From: Paraspadella gotoi
Taxonomy: Eukaryota; Animalia; Chaetognatha
Assembly (NCBI GenBank): GCA_051294375.1
Contig: CM119269.1
Span: 3,366,903-3,430,902, forward strand
Direction: 5' to 3'
Length of the DNA stretch: 64,000 nucleotides
Below the pieces are notes generated by a model. That model was not told the DNA's origin, ran no database searches, and saw only the letters and a program-made list of their open reading frames with translations. The translations under genes were made by a program, and so were the position numbers. Positions 46,912 through 58,897 of the stretch are shown piece after piece (within the stretch, counting starts at the first letter, position 1; each line of letters starts with the position of its first letter).

Positions 46912-47212
46912 TCATGGAGCGGAACGCAATTAATTCTACGAAACCCCGTATTACGCGAAGTCATTAACGGCGGGGAGGCGGATCCATCGCTGGGCGAAAT
47001 CGGGAGATGACTTTCTATCTTTCTTTTTTTTTTATTGTTTAAAAAAAAGAAGGAAATAAATTTCTAGTGAAAACGAAAAAATTGAGAAAAAAATTCTCAT
47101 CTCCGCATTGAAGCGTATCCAAAATAAGATATTTTCTTTGGTGTCGTTCATTTCAACAATTATCCTTTAATAATCACTACGAAAGAGATGTTACGTAATC
47201 ACGACCCATCTA

Positions 47213-49501
47213 ATGAAGAGGATCGAGTTCGGGACCCGATCGGCAGAGAAGAGAGACTCGGCCCGATCGGGCGTGTTCCGCTTCGCCGACGAAGCGTCAC
47301 CGAGTCGTCCGTCGAGTCGTCCGTCAAGACGTCGTTCGTCGTCGTCGTTGTCGTACTCATCGTAAGTCGGCTCGAGGCACAACAAAAAACTTGGGCACCC
47401 GGGAGCGGCTCACCATTGGTTGACGATACTTGGAGAAAGGGCGGTCGATCGGCCTGAGAAATTTGGAAATATTTTGAGGATAGATCGAGCAATCAAAGGC
47501 CCTTAGGGATTAAATTGAAGGAGTCACCATGTTTTTTCGTTTAGTTCTAAATATGTATAATTCATACATATATCATTTAACAGTCTTTTTCCACTTTAAA
47601 GGATATTTTCCTCCACTGACCTCCAAGAAAATCTGTATCACTGTACAGGCCGTTGACCAAAAACATTCCCGTCTCGAAACTGGTCGACAAAATCACTTCC
47701 CACCTGCGTTCAATTACCAACAAATAAACCCTCGATCCACGGCTTTTGATTGGCTAAAACGTCCGCTGCTTTTCTGCATTCTGATTGGCCCAAAGATCGT
47801 CGCATCTTTGCGGCGCATCTTAGAAATGATGGGAACTTTTTTTTCTCTCTCCGTTTCCGCTGGAAGTTAACTTTGTCCCTTGAGACTTCATGCCGATTTT
47901 TTTTCAAAAAAAAAAAAGTCTTTTTAGTCTCAAATTTTACATGAAAAATATAAATAACAAAAACCGTCGTCAATGACAACGGAATGGACAAGATGTTAGT
48001 TTTCAAAGAGTCGCGTTTCCCCGTCAACTTCGCTCCGTCCAGTAAGTCATCGACGAAATACCAAATTATGTATATATATGCGTTTTATTTCGAATTCAAC
48101 AAGGTTATTATATTATATTATATTGAGAAATAATCTCCAAAATTCTATATATATGTTTGTAGATAATCGCTAAAATTAATGTTTTTAAGTTTAAAATATT
48201 TTACGTAAGTATGTCACAAATTGTAATTTTCGACATCGGCGGAGAAAGTTATAATAAAATTAAAATAAACTTTAAACTCTTGTCTATTTTTTTTTTTTAG
48301 AAAAAAAAATCGCTTTCAAAGGTCATTATAATTATCGTGATGATTCAAAAATATAAAACCTATAAACATTTTATCTAATCTATTATTATTAAACTGACAT
48401 GATGATTTATCAATTAAAGTAATTTATAAAACAAATGACTCATCTTACCCAACCTGCATCAATCATGTTTTTAATAACAACGAATCTCCGGAAGCCTTCC
48501 CCCGTTTTTCCCCCCGTCGAAAACATTGTAATCTAATTATAAAATTTGAACTTTCGCTTTTTCGCGACGATTATCCAATCATAATCTAGGCCGGACGATT
48601 TGACCGTCCAATCAAAAGCGAGTATTCGGTGAGAGGAAAGGTCGGACGGTTCGACCGTCTTCGAGACAAAAAGAAGCGACAGTTTTGTCCGATGAGAAGG
48701 CGACGTGAGTCGTCGACGAAAACTTCGGGATAAAAATTGTGAATAGAGCAACGATATTTTAATTCTACTGATAATCGGACTGGAAAATAATGCAACGTAA
48801 TTTCGCGATGATAATTCGACCGCGTTCGAAATAAAAAAAGGCGCGAAATAGAACTTCTCCGAATAAAAAGTAAATTTTCTCTCCCCCCCCTAAAAAAAAA
48901 CCCAAACAAACAATAAAACCTTTTTCTAACCCGCGCCAACTAAAATCACCCATTATTAACATTCACCAAGAAATATTTTATCTCGTCCTCAACTAAATCA
49001 CCACTTCTCTCCCACCCCCACCCCCACCCCCACTTCTCCCCACCCCCTTCCTAACTTTCCTCCCCCACTCTCCTTCAGGCCTCCCCACCGCACCAACCGC
49101 GACAAATCTCCCCGCGACTCGCAAAAGCCCGCCGCCCGTTCCAGCTCCGTCTCCTCGCGATCTCTCAGCCCCTGTGGGCGGTCCCGCCACGCCGACGAGA
49201 GTCCTCCAGGATTCCCGATCCCCGGCGGCGGCAGCAGCGGCGGTGGCGGTGCTCGTCATCCCGGCGTCAACGGAGGCGTCGGGGAAGTGAAGCCGGAGCC
49301 GAGAACGACGACGCCGATTTCAGAGTCGGGTAATGGAGACTTGATTGGTTGATTGATTCAATTAACTTATCTATCTATCAATTTATTTATCTATTAGGTT
49401 AATTATTTATCTGAAATTTTGTTCATTATTCTTTTATCGTTACAATCTATCAAATTTATTAATTGATTCGTTGATTTTCATTCGATTGATAAATTTATTT
49501 A

Positions 49502-49536
<35 letters not shown>

Positions 49537-52500
49537 GATTGATTCCACAATGATTCAGCGAAAACGCCGGGGACCTCCGGGAATGCGGTTTCCGGGAATT
49601 CCTCTTCCTCTTCCTCCTCATCCAACGGGATGTTAGACAAATTCAAATTCTTCAAGGGAGATCGAAGCGGGGACAAGAATCAGAAGGGTAAGGTCGTTTA
49701 GGAATACAATACAATATACTTAAGATACTATTTATGTAAATACTCTCATAATGTCGAAATGTTAATGATAAATCAGGGATGACGTCGCCAGGATCCTCCT
49801 CCGGAGCGAGGAGGACGACCTCCTCTTCCTCCTCCTCCTCCGCATCGAAGAGACTGGCGCCCCCTTCCGGCGCCGGACGCCATCCTCCCGGCGCCGCTTT
49901 AGCGTCCGTGACGTCGTCGTCATCGGCGCCGCCGATTCCAAAGTCGGCGTCGAATTCGTCGGGGAAAAGTTCGTCCGGCGTCTCGTCGGCGTCGGCCTCT
50001 GGGAGGAGCGACTCGGACAGGTTGGTTTACTGTTTATCACTGTTTATAATATTTCAGTAGCTTTGTTTTTAATTTATCTAGTTTATACTATAAATTTAGT
50101 AATTTTAGAAAAAATAATAATGTTAATATTTATTATAATAGTTATTCTCGACGCTATTCTTTTGTTAAGATCCGAATCGAGCCATATCAAGCTTCCAACT
50201 CCAGTGGGCAATGGCGCTGCTAATCGGGAGTCGAAACTAAGAAAGACTTTCGGATTTGGAAACAAAACAGCATCGAAAGCAGTCAAGCCGCGTACGTTAT
50301 TGATTATTACTTTTATTTAAATGACGAACTAATCTAGGTTATGTCGGTAAAGCACATAAAAAATAAAAAATATATAAATAATTTTAAATCAACCAATGAA
50401 TTAATTTCTTTGTGACGGTCCTGTTCCCTTAAAGTCGTGTTTTTTCTTTAGCGCAATATTTTATTTATTGACTTCCACTTTTTAAACTTGACATCCACAT
50501 CACTTATACTATTTTTCCCTAATACTTGATCAAACTTTTCTTTTTCAGCGTCAAAAGTCACTAAAGACGATTCCCATTTACCTCAATCAAACTTCGAATC
50601 CAAAACATCAAATCCGTCGTCAACTTCATCGACGACAACGACGACGCCGTCGAAATCATCCAGCGCAGCCTCAAGGCTCCCGTCGCCGACTCAGAGAAAC
50701 GGTGAATGAATGAATAAATTAATACATAAAAAAAGAACGAACAAATAAAAAAATTGGATTATTTAAAAAATGCGATAAATAAATGAGCACAAAAATTGAC
50801 TAAACAAACTCAAAGCCACCTCTTATCCCTCACAGGCTCCGTGGAATCTCTCCGCCATCTCGGCACCGGGCGAAACGATTCGTCGCAGCGCCCCATCTCC
50901 CCTCAACCGCAGTCACCCTACGCGAGCCAAAGTAGTTCAAAGTTTTCCTCCCCCGGGGCGCGGCCTCAGTCTCCTTGCGTTGCACAAAGCGGAGCCAAGT
51001 ATTCCTCCGCGGTGCCGAGACCGCAGTCGCCGTCCACGGCGCCAAGCGGCGCCAGGATTCCCTCCGCCGCTCATCGTCCGCAGTCGCCCTCGGCGCCACA
51101 GGGCGGGGCAGCGTCCCGGAAACCTGGAACGCCGAAGACGAGCAAAGGTTTGACCACGTTAGGCTGGGTCCACGTGAATTATTGATCAATAAATTTCTTA
51201 CAACTTGATGTTTTTATTTGCGTTTGGGAGTTTGTGTTTATGTTTGTCTATGTGCATTTGTGCATGTGTATTTAAAAATGGATTGATAAATCCAAACTTT
51301 TTTGTATCCAGTTTCATCCCTGGCGTCGAAAAGAGAAAAGTCTTCGAGTCAAGCCTGCGTCGCTTCTCCGTCATCTTCGCCATCGACGACGACGACGACG
51401 ACAACGACGACGACGGCATCGAGTTCTCAAGGTTGTTGTTTATTATAAAAATTATCCATTCTTTTAATAAATAACCTATCTTGCCCCTGACTTTGGACAG
51501 GCTTTGGTGGTTTAAGGCCTCCATCACTCTTACAAGATAATGACATAGCAGGTCCCTGCAAGCTTTCAATCAAGACTCTTTCACAGTCTCGTTTATTCAC
51601 TCCCACTTACGTAAAATCTCTTCATTTAATTAACCACAAAAATTCAACTTTTTAAATATAAGTCATTAAAATCCTCAAAAAAAAACTAAATGTTGATCTT
51701 TTGTCAGGAATTCCTAAACCGACGTCGACTCCGCTGAAAAAAATTCGTCCCCCAGGCGCTGCCGGCAGCGTCGGCAGCAGCGGCGGCAGCGGCGCCGATT
51801 CCAAATCATCGTCTTCCATTCCGCAGTCGAACGTGCCAACCAGAAAGCCTCGAGGTAAGTCCGACAGTAACGATACGACGTATCATAATTTCTTTTTAAC
51901 CCTTTAACACTCCCAACACCCTCAAGGATCTCAAGAAAATCTCCTCGAAGGAAGCCTCTTGCCAAAACTCAATGCTTCTCGTCTTCCTGGACCGCAAACC
52001 GAATCTTCCCCGCTCAAATTCGGCGCCAAATCGACGCCGGTCGACGCCGTTAAGCCTCGTGTGGCCAAGACCGACGCCGCTTCTCACCAGGTTGGCGCCG
52101 TCGAAACTCACGTCCCCGGGGATGACGGATCGACGACGAAAAAGACGCCGGATCCGGCCGAGGACGCCGGAAACCAGCGCCGACAGCGTCACCCGATTCC
52201 CTCCGGCATCATCACGCCGCTTCCTTCGACGCCGCCGCCAAGACAGGCGCAGTTACCCGCCACGCCACCGCCATCGACGCCGCCGCCGTCTCGACGCGAC
52301 GCCGTTCGGCCCGTGACGCCGCAACGGTCGACGCCGCCTCTCGGAGCGCACGGTCGAGGCGCGCCGCCGGCCAGGGCGACGACGACGGCGCCGCAGACGA
52401 CGGCGTCGAGCGAGTCGTCGAAAAAAGACGCCGGTAGGGAGGGTGGTGGCGTTGATGGGGAAATGATGGGGAATGGATGTTGTGAAGATGTCAGGGGTGA

Positions 52501-54129
52501 CATGCAAGAAATCACGGGAATTTTTAATAATACCAGAAACTAAATTAAGAAAATATTGACAAAAGACATGAACGATATAAAGATTGATAGAACTAAAAAC
52601 CCTGCTAACTGATCTAAAATTATTAATAAAGTTAATTTCTTGGGCCCAGGGGCATCTTCTATATAGTTGAGGTGTACTTGATTGTTTGTTAAATAATTTG
52701 GACAACTAAACTTAATAAAAGTTTAGTTTCTGTTACCCATCTTCTTTCCCTCCAGACTCTTCCTCCTCCCCACGCCCTCTCCCCTCGGCGCCCATCGTCT
52801 GCGCGGTTCCGGCGTCGGCTCGAAATCCCGGCGCCAAAATCGCGTCGCCGGTCAAAGCGGCGCCGCAATCCTCGTCACCGTCTTCGAGAAACGCCGCCGC
52901 CGTCGCCGCCGCCGCGGTCATCGTCGCCCGGTCGTCGTCCTCTTCGTCGTCTTCGTCGCCGCCTGTCAACTACGCCCCTTACGCCAGGTGAGTGGGCTTG
53001 GAAGAGAAAAAAAAAATAAGAAGGTAAGTAAATCCTATGTAATTCTCTCTCTCTTCGTCTTTTTCACAGAGCTTACCCGACGGGATCTCACCCCGCCTCT
53101 CCCTCACCCACCGCCACCGCCATCGTCTCGCCAATTCAACTCCAGGACGGCCTCCTCTCTAAACAATCAAGTCAGGGCTCAATCTCAGACGCCGGAAACT
53201 CCTTGGCCAACATGAGCGATTCCACTGGTGAGCGAACGTCGATGATGTGGGACAGTGAATCCAGTAGCTGTAGGAGTTAATAAACTGGACTGTTTGAGAG
53301 TCTTTTTCTTGTAACAGGCCTTTACATACAGGGTTCTGACTTGAGACAGGGGAAAGATAGCTAAGATCTAAGTACAGATTTGTATGATGTTACCAGGAAT
53401 TTGTTGGAATTTTTATTTCAAAACAACATTTAAAAAAGAAAAATACTTGAAATTGAGGAATTTTTTAGTCATAAATTAAATTTTTGATTAATGTATATTC
53501 TTCCTTCAACGACGCAGGCACCAGCAACAGCAACATCAGCGTCTCCTCCTCCAACGACTCCGTCATCTTCCGCCCATCTTCCTGCGATATCCTCGATCTT
53601 CCGCGCCACAAGACCGCCGACGTCACGTTGCGCCACGCCCTAAGCCACGCCACGCTCGACGACCGCCGCGACGCGGGCGGCCACGGCAGCAACAAGGGCA
53701 AACTATTTGGGTAATGATATTTTATTAAACAGAATGAGCGGCTGCGGGTCATTGTCACAGAACTGGTTCGTTCTGCTTTTACTTGAATGTTTTTTTTTAG
53801 TGCACTTTATGCTCACTATGTTTTTACCTGCAGTATGACTCTTAAAGTATCATGGTTAGTCTCAGAATAATCGTTTTTAAAAAAATGAATACCGGATAAC
53901 CAATAAATAGGTATATATTTTTTCATCATAAAACTCTCCAACATGCAAATGAGATTGAAGCGTGTCTGAAAACTTAACATGTGTTTAATATAAAGATATA
54001 TTTTCATCATGGAGAAAAGTGCATTTAACAAACGAATTTTTTTTTTTCAAAATATTTCGACTTATGTTGCTAAGTCATCATCAGTGGCAGAAAGTGAAAA
54101 AACGAGAAAAATGATTTGTTTAAAAGAGT

Positions 54130-54168
<39 letters not shown>

Positions 54169-57004
54169 AATGACCTTGGTAGGAATAGGCAGTTTTTAAA
54201 TGCACTTTTCTTCATGATGAAAATATATCTTTATATTAAATTATTAGTGCTTGCGATGACGTTAAAAGAATTAACATGTGTTATTTTCGTCTTTGCAGAG
54301 ATCAAGAAAGAAAATCGACCCAAAAGAAAAAGAAAAGGGAGAGAGACGAAGACGAAGAAAACGATCCTCCGTCGCCGACGCCGGACGACGACGACGACGA
54401 CGACGACGTCAATGAGGACGAAATTCTCCGCTTCAAGAAAAAAGTGGCGCAGGTGAGTTCGTTTCTGGGCGAAGGGAATTTGAGATGAGAAAGATGAAGA
54501 AAGATGAAGAAAGATGAGAAAGATAAGATAAGAAGATAAAATTCAGCTCCTTGTATTTTGATGCTAATGCGGAGTACTATAAGGATTTCCCGATCTAATA
54601 CTTAAGGAAGTGGTCTTTTCTTATAATTGAAACATTCTTTGAATTATTATACCACTTCATTGGAAACCAGGTAGTCTGGGAGTGAATAAACGAGACAGAG
54701 AGAGAGTCTTGATTGAAAGTTTGCAGGGACCTGCTATGTCATTATCTTGTAAGAGTGATGGAGGCCTTAAACCACCAAAGCCTTGTCCAAAGTCAGTGGC
54801 AAGACAGCTTATTTATTAAATGAATGGATAATTTTTATATTGGTTGTACCAATTGCCTGGATAAAATTAGATAAGATAGGATATGATAAGTTATGGTAAG
54901 GTAAGGTAAGTTAAAAGAGGATGTTGTTTTGCCAGTGCCAAATTTATCTCATTGTTGTTAGTCAAAATATTAGCTTAAACTAATTTCTCGGTTTGGATCT
55001 AGACTATTTCTGGATATTTTGTATGTTGAACTATAAGTATAACTATAAGTATAAGTATCATTGCTTGAGTTTCAATAGTTTCTCCTCGCAACTCAGACGA
55101 ACTTCTCTCCGGCCGAAGTCATCGTCGGTCGAGCTCAACTCATCGGCGACTCGGGACACGAGATGTCGGTCAAGTCGCGTGCAAAAGGATCAACCTCGTC
55201 GGGTAAGTCGGATGCGAAGGGAGAATGCTCGTCGGCTAAGTCGGGCTNNNNNNNNNNNNNNNNNNNNNNNNNAAAAGAGAGAGTTATTGCTGCAAATAAA
55301 AAGTTGTAAAGACAATAAAGCACTTATAGTAATTTGTGGCGCAAAAAGCTAGTTAGAATTAAATTTTCTAAGTAGTTAATTTATTTATTTTAGCGTATTA
55401 ATTTTTATGCGACGAGTTAGCCAGAGACGGTTCGATTAAGGATCACAAAAAGCCAGGCGAAACGAGGCAGAGATAAGTTCGTCTCTCGCCCTTACCTAGA
55501 ATCGTCATCGATGGAGATGCTGTTATTGATATGTTTTTTGTTTGTTTTTGTTTGTTTTTTTTGTTGTTTTGTTTTTTTTTGTCATTGATTTTGTTTTTGA
55601 TAAAGCGGCGTGATTCTAGGAATTGAAAAAGGAAAATGAAGAAGTGCGAGAAACGAATTGAAATTATAATTAGGCAGTTTTCAAATCTTTTCTGTAAGAA
55701 TTTTTTAAAATCTTTATTTAATAAAAAGATACAAATAAAATCTCAAAAATTAATGAACTTACTCTTCCGTGGACAGAATGTGCGAACTTATTCCGTCCTT
55801 CTTTTGTTGGTGTTTGATAAACGTTACGTTTGACAACGACGCGATAGAGGCGTTTGACTATGAGGGGCGAGGCCAAAGGATAACAAAGAGAACAATATTT
55901 TTTTTCAAACAACAATATCAATGTAAGAAAAAGTTTTAAATAGTATCATAATCTCATTTAATCAGCCTCGGTAGTTGGCATTTTTATAATTTTCTCACCT
56001 ATTCGAGGAAATCTCCTGGCGTAAAAGTTTCCCCTTCGCTATGTATCCAGATTGGCACTTCTTCCGCTCCGCTATAGTATCCTCCCTGGATATAAAGCCA
56101 TCAATTAACAACAGCGCTATTTTAAGCAAAATTAATATTAACAATCGCTTAAATAATCCCTGAATCAAATCATCAACGTCCTTACCATATCATCATAATC
56201 ATCAATCATCATCATCAATAACCTTTAGAACGTCGCCGTCGGACATGTAGCCCCCGGGTCGACGTAAGCGTAGTCGGAGAGATACTCGTTGTCGCTGATG
56301 GACATCGTGGAGCAACGCGAGGCGGTTCGGCGGAGAGAGAGGCGTAGACCTGATGGAGAAGAGTTTCGATTAAGTTGGAGGAGAGGGATAATCGCGGAAG
56401 CATCAACACGCGACCTCGTCAGATCGTCTCTCTCTCTCTCGCACCGAAGGCAATGAGTAAGTTTTAGCCCTTCTCGTCAATTTAATGCTTACCTTGACGG
56501 GGTCGTAGGGCGAGTTCTTTTGTTGCGATCCGCCGCCAGCGCCGCCTGCGCTGCCGCTGCTCCCGACGACGACGACGTGGCTCGTCGGTCGTGATGAGGT
56601 GGCAGCCGGCGGGCGGATTGCTTTCAGGGGCGGGCGCGGTCGAATCTGAAAAAGATTTGAAATCAGCAATCAGATTTGGATAAAAACTTTAAGTAAGGCG
56701 TTTCAGCTCTCAAAGATGCTGCATGTCATGCAAATTCAAATAGAAAAAAAGCCCTTTTAACTAGCACTAATTATTACGTGATTAAATTGATATAACAATT
56801 TATTACGAATAATCCTTTCGGCCCACAGCCCCAACGACGCCCTCCTCTTTCGCCTAATGCGGCGCCCAGCTTTTCTCCATTCATTAACCTGATGATAACT
56901 CGGAGTCTTCTTGACCGAAGTCAAAAGAGGGGACGCGCTCGTTCCGTTGGGATTCAAGGATCCAACGCCGCGGACGTAGCTGGAATGTGAAGGGATCGAT
57001 TATA

Positions 57005-57061
<57 letters not shown>

Positions 57062-58897
57062 CTCTCTCTCACCTGTAAGGGAAACTCCGCACGATCGGTC
57101 GCATGGGCTCCACAGTCATAGAGTCGACGACGTCTTCATCACCTCCTTCAGGATAAATATCAGAAAGTGAGTCGCCACAGAACCTCCTGAGTTATCATCA
57201 GGTTCATGAATGGAGAAAAGTTGGGCGCCGCATTAGGCGAAAGGGGAGGGCCTCGGTGGAGCTGTGGGCCGAAAGGATTATCGTAATAAATTGTTATATC
57301 AATTTAATCACGTAATAATTCGCTAGTTAAAAGGGCTTTTTTTCTATTTGAATTTGCATGAAATGCAGCACTCTTGAGAGCTGAAACGCCATTCTTAAAG
57401 TTTTCATCCCAAATTCGATCTCAAGTGAAAGAAGGAAAGAAATCTGATTGCTGATTTCAAATCTTTTTCAGATTCGACCGCCGCCCGCCCCTGAAAGCAA
57501 TCCGCCCGCGGTGCCGCCCTCATCACGACCGACGAGCCACGTCGTCGTCGTCGGCAGCAGCGGCAGCGCAGGCGGCGCTGGCGGCGGATCGCAACAAAAG
57601 AACTCGCCCTACGACCCCGTCAAGGTAAGCATTAAATTGACGAGAAGGGCTAAAACTTACTCATTGCCTTCGGTGCGAGAGAGAGAGAGACGATCTGACG
57701 AGGTCGCGTGTTGATGCTTCCGCGATATCCCTCTCCTCCAACTTAATCGAAACTCTTCCTCCATCAGGTCTACGCCTCCTCACTTCGCCGAACCGCCTCG
57801 CGTTGCTCCACGATGTCCATCAGCGACAACGAGTATCTCTCCGACTACGCTTACGTCGACCCGGGGGGCTACATGTCCGACGGCGACGTTCTAAAGGTTA
57901 TTGATGATGATGATGATGATTATGATGATGGTAAGGACGTTGATGATTTTGATTCAGGGATTATTTAAGCGATTGTTAATATTAATTTTGCTTAAAATAG
58001 CGCTGTTGTTAATTGATGGCTTTATATCCAGGGAGGATACTATAGCGGAGCGGAAGAGTGCCAATCTGGATACAATAGCGAAGGGGGAAACTTTTACGCC
58101 AGGAGATTTCCTCGAATAGGTGAGAAAATTATAAAAATGCCAACTACCGAGGCTGATTAAATGAGATTATGATACTATTAAAACTTTTTTCTTACATTGA
58201 TATTGTTGTTTGAAAAAATTATTTGTTCTTTTGTTGATCCTTAGGCCTCGCCCCTCATAGTCAAACGCCTCTATCGGCGTCGTTGTCAAACGTAAACGTT
58301 TATCAAACACCAACAAAAGAAGGACGAATAAGTTCGCACATTCTGTCCACGGAAGAGTAAGTTCATTAATTGTTGAGATTTTATTTGTATCTTTTATTAA
58401 AATAAAAATTTAAAAAATTCTTCACAGAAAAGATTTGAAAACTGCGTAATTATAATTTCAATTCGTTTCTCGCACTTCTTCATTTTCCTTTTTCAATTCC
58501 TGTATCACGCCGCTTTCTGAAAAAACAAAATCAATGACAAAAAAAACAAAAACAAAACAAAAAACAAACAAAAAACAAACANNNNNNNNNNCAAAAAACA
58601 AACAAAAACAAACAAACAACATATCAATAAACAGCATCTCCATCGATGACGATTCTAGGTAAGGGCGAGAGACGAACTAATCTGCTCTGTTTCGCCTGGC
58701 TTTTGCTGATCCTAATCGAACCGTCTCTGGCTAACTCGTCGCATAAAAATTAATACGCTAAAATAAATAAATTAACTACTTAGAAAATTTAATTCTTAAC
58801 TTGGCTTTTGCGCCACAAATTACTATAAGTGCTTATTGTCTTTACAATCTTTTATTTGCAGCATCGACTTCAACGACGATACAAACGACGATTACAG
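47213..58897 (+). CDS. NAV: Neuron navigator / sickie / unc-53 orthologue, 5' and middle exons (gene continues beyond the window; middle disrupted by an inversion)
   Basis: In-phase exons 47213-47361, 49079-49329, 49559-49687, 49777-50020, 50170-50291, 50549-50701, 50836-51147, 51312-51431, 51708-51854, 51927-52433, 52756-52987, 53070-53227, 53518-53710, 54299-54452, 55098-55202, then 57471-57624, 57768-57896, 58033-58119, 58245-58356, 58635-58658, 58862-58897. Family motifs: MLDKFKFF, SSSGVSSASASGRSDS, GIPKP, SSNDSVIFRPSS, PMRPIVR, GYMSDGDVL, GYNSEGG.FYARR. The CH and AAA+ domains are not in the window. Confidence 0.88.
51444..51605 (-). mobile_element. Dispersed repeat family A, copy 3 (in a NAV intron)
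   Basis: TATAAAAATTATCCATTC...CCCCTGACTTTGGACAGGCTTTGGTGGTTTAAGGCCTCCATCACTC...GTCTCGTTTATTCACTCCCA matches the other copies. Confidence 0.85.
53985..54240. mobile_element. MITE-like element with ~48-bp inverted termini and an internal (AG)n tract
   Basis: TAATATAAAGATATATTTTCATCATGGAGAAAAGTGCATTTAA (~53987) versus TTAAATGCACTTTTCTTCATGATGAAAATATATCTTTATATTA (~54196). Confidence 0.7.
54585..54855 (+). mobile_element. Dispersed repeat family A, copy 4 (longest, ~270 bp)
   Basis: Runs from CCCGATCTAATACTTAAGG to TTGGTTGTACCAATT and is colinear with the other three copies. Confidence 0.85.
55273..58862. repeat. Noisy inverted duplication inside NAV (arms ~55273-56905 and ~57185-58862); probable chimera
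   Basis: ORFs 56403-56669(-) and 57448-57714(+) are near-identical apart from indel frameshifts. The left arm starts right after the 25-N gap at 55248-55272. Confidence 0.92.
56889..57150 (-). CDS. NAV: Two NAV exons present only in inverted orientation (DEDVVDSMTVEPMRPIVRSFPY / YVRGVGSLNPNGTSASPLLTSVKKTPSYHQ)
   Basis: The minus-strand exons ~57150-57073 and ~56980-56889 have canonical splice sites and fit between exons 55098-55202 and 57471. Confidence 0.7.

Noticed and set aside
55273-56650. A second, antisense NAV paralogue or pseudogene
   Set aside because: Introns and exons are equally near-identical and differ only by indel noise. It is part of the gap-adjacent fold-back duplication.
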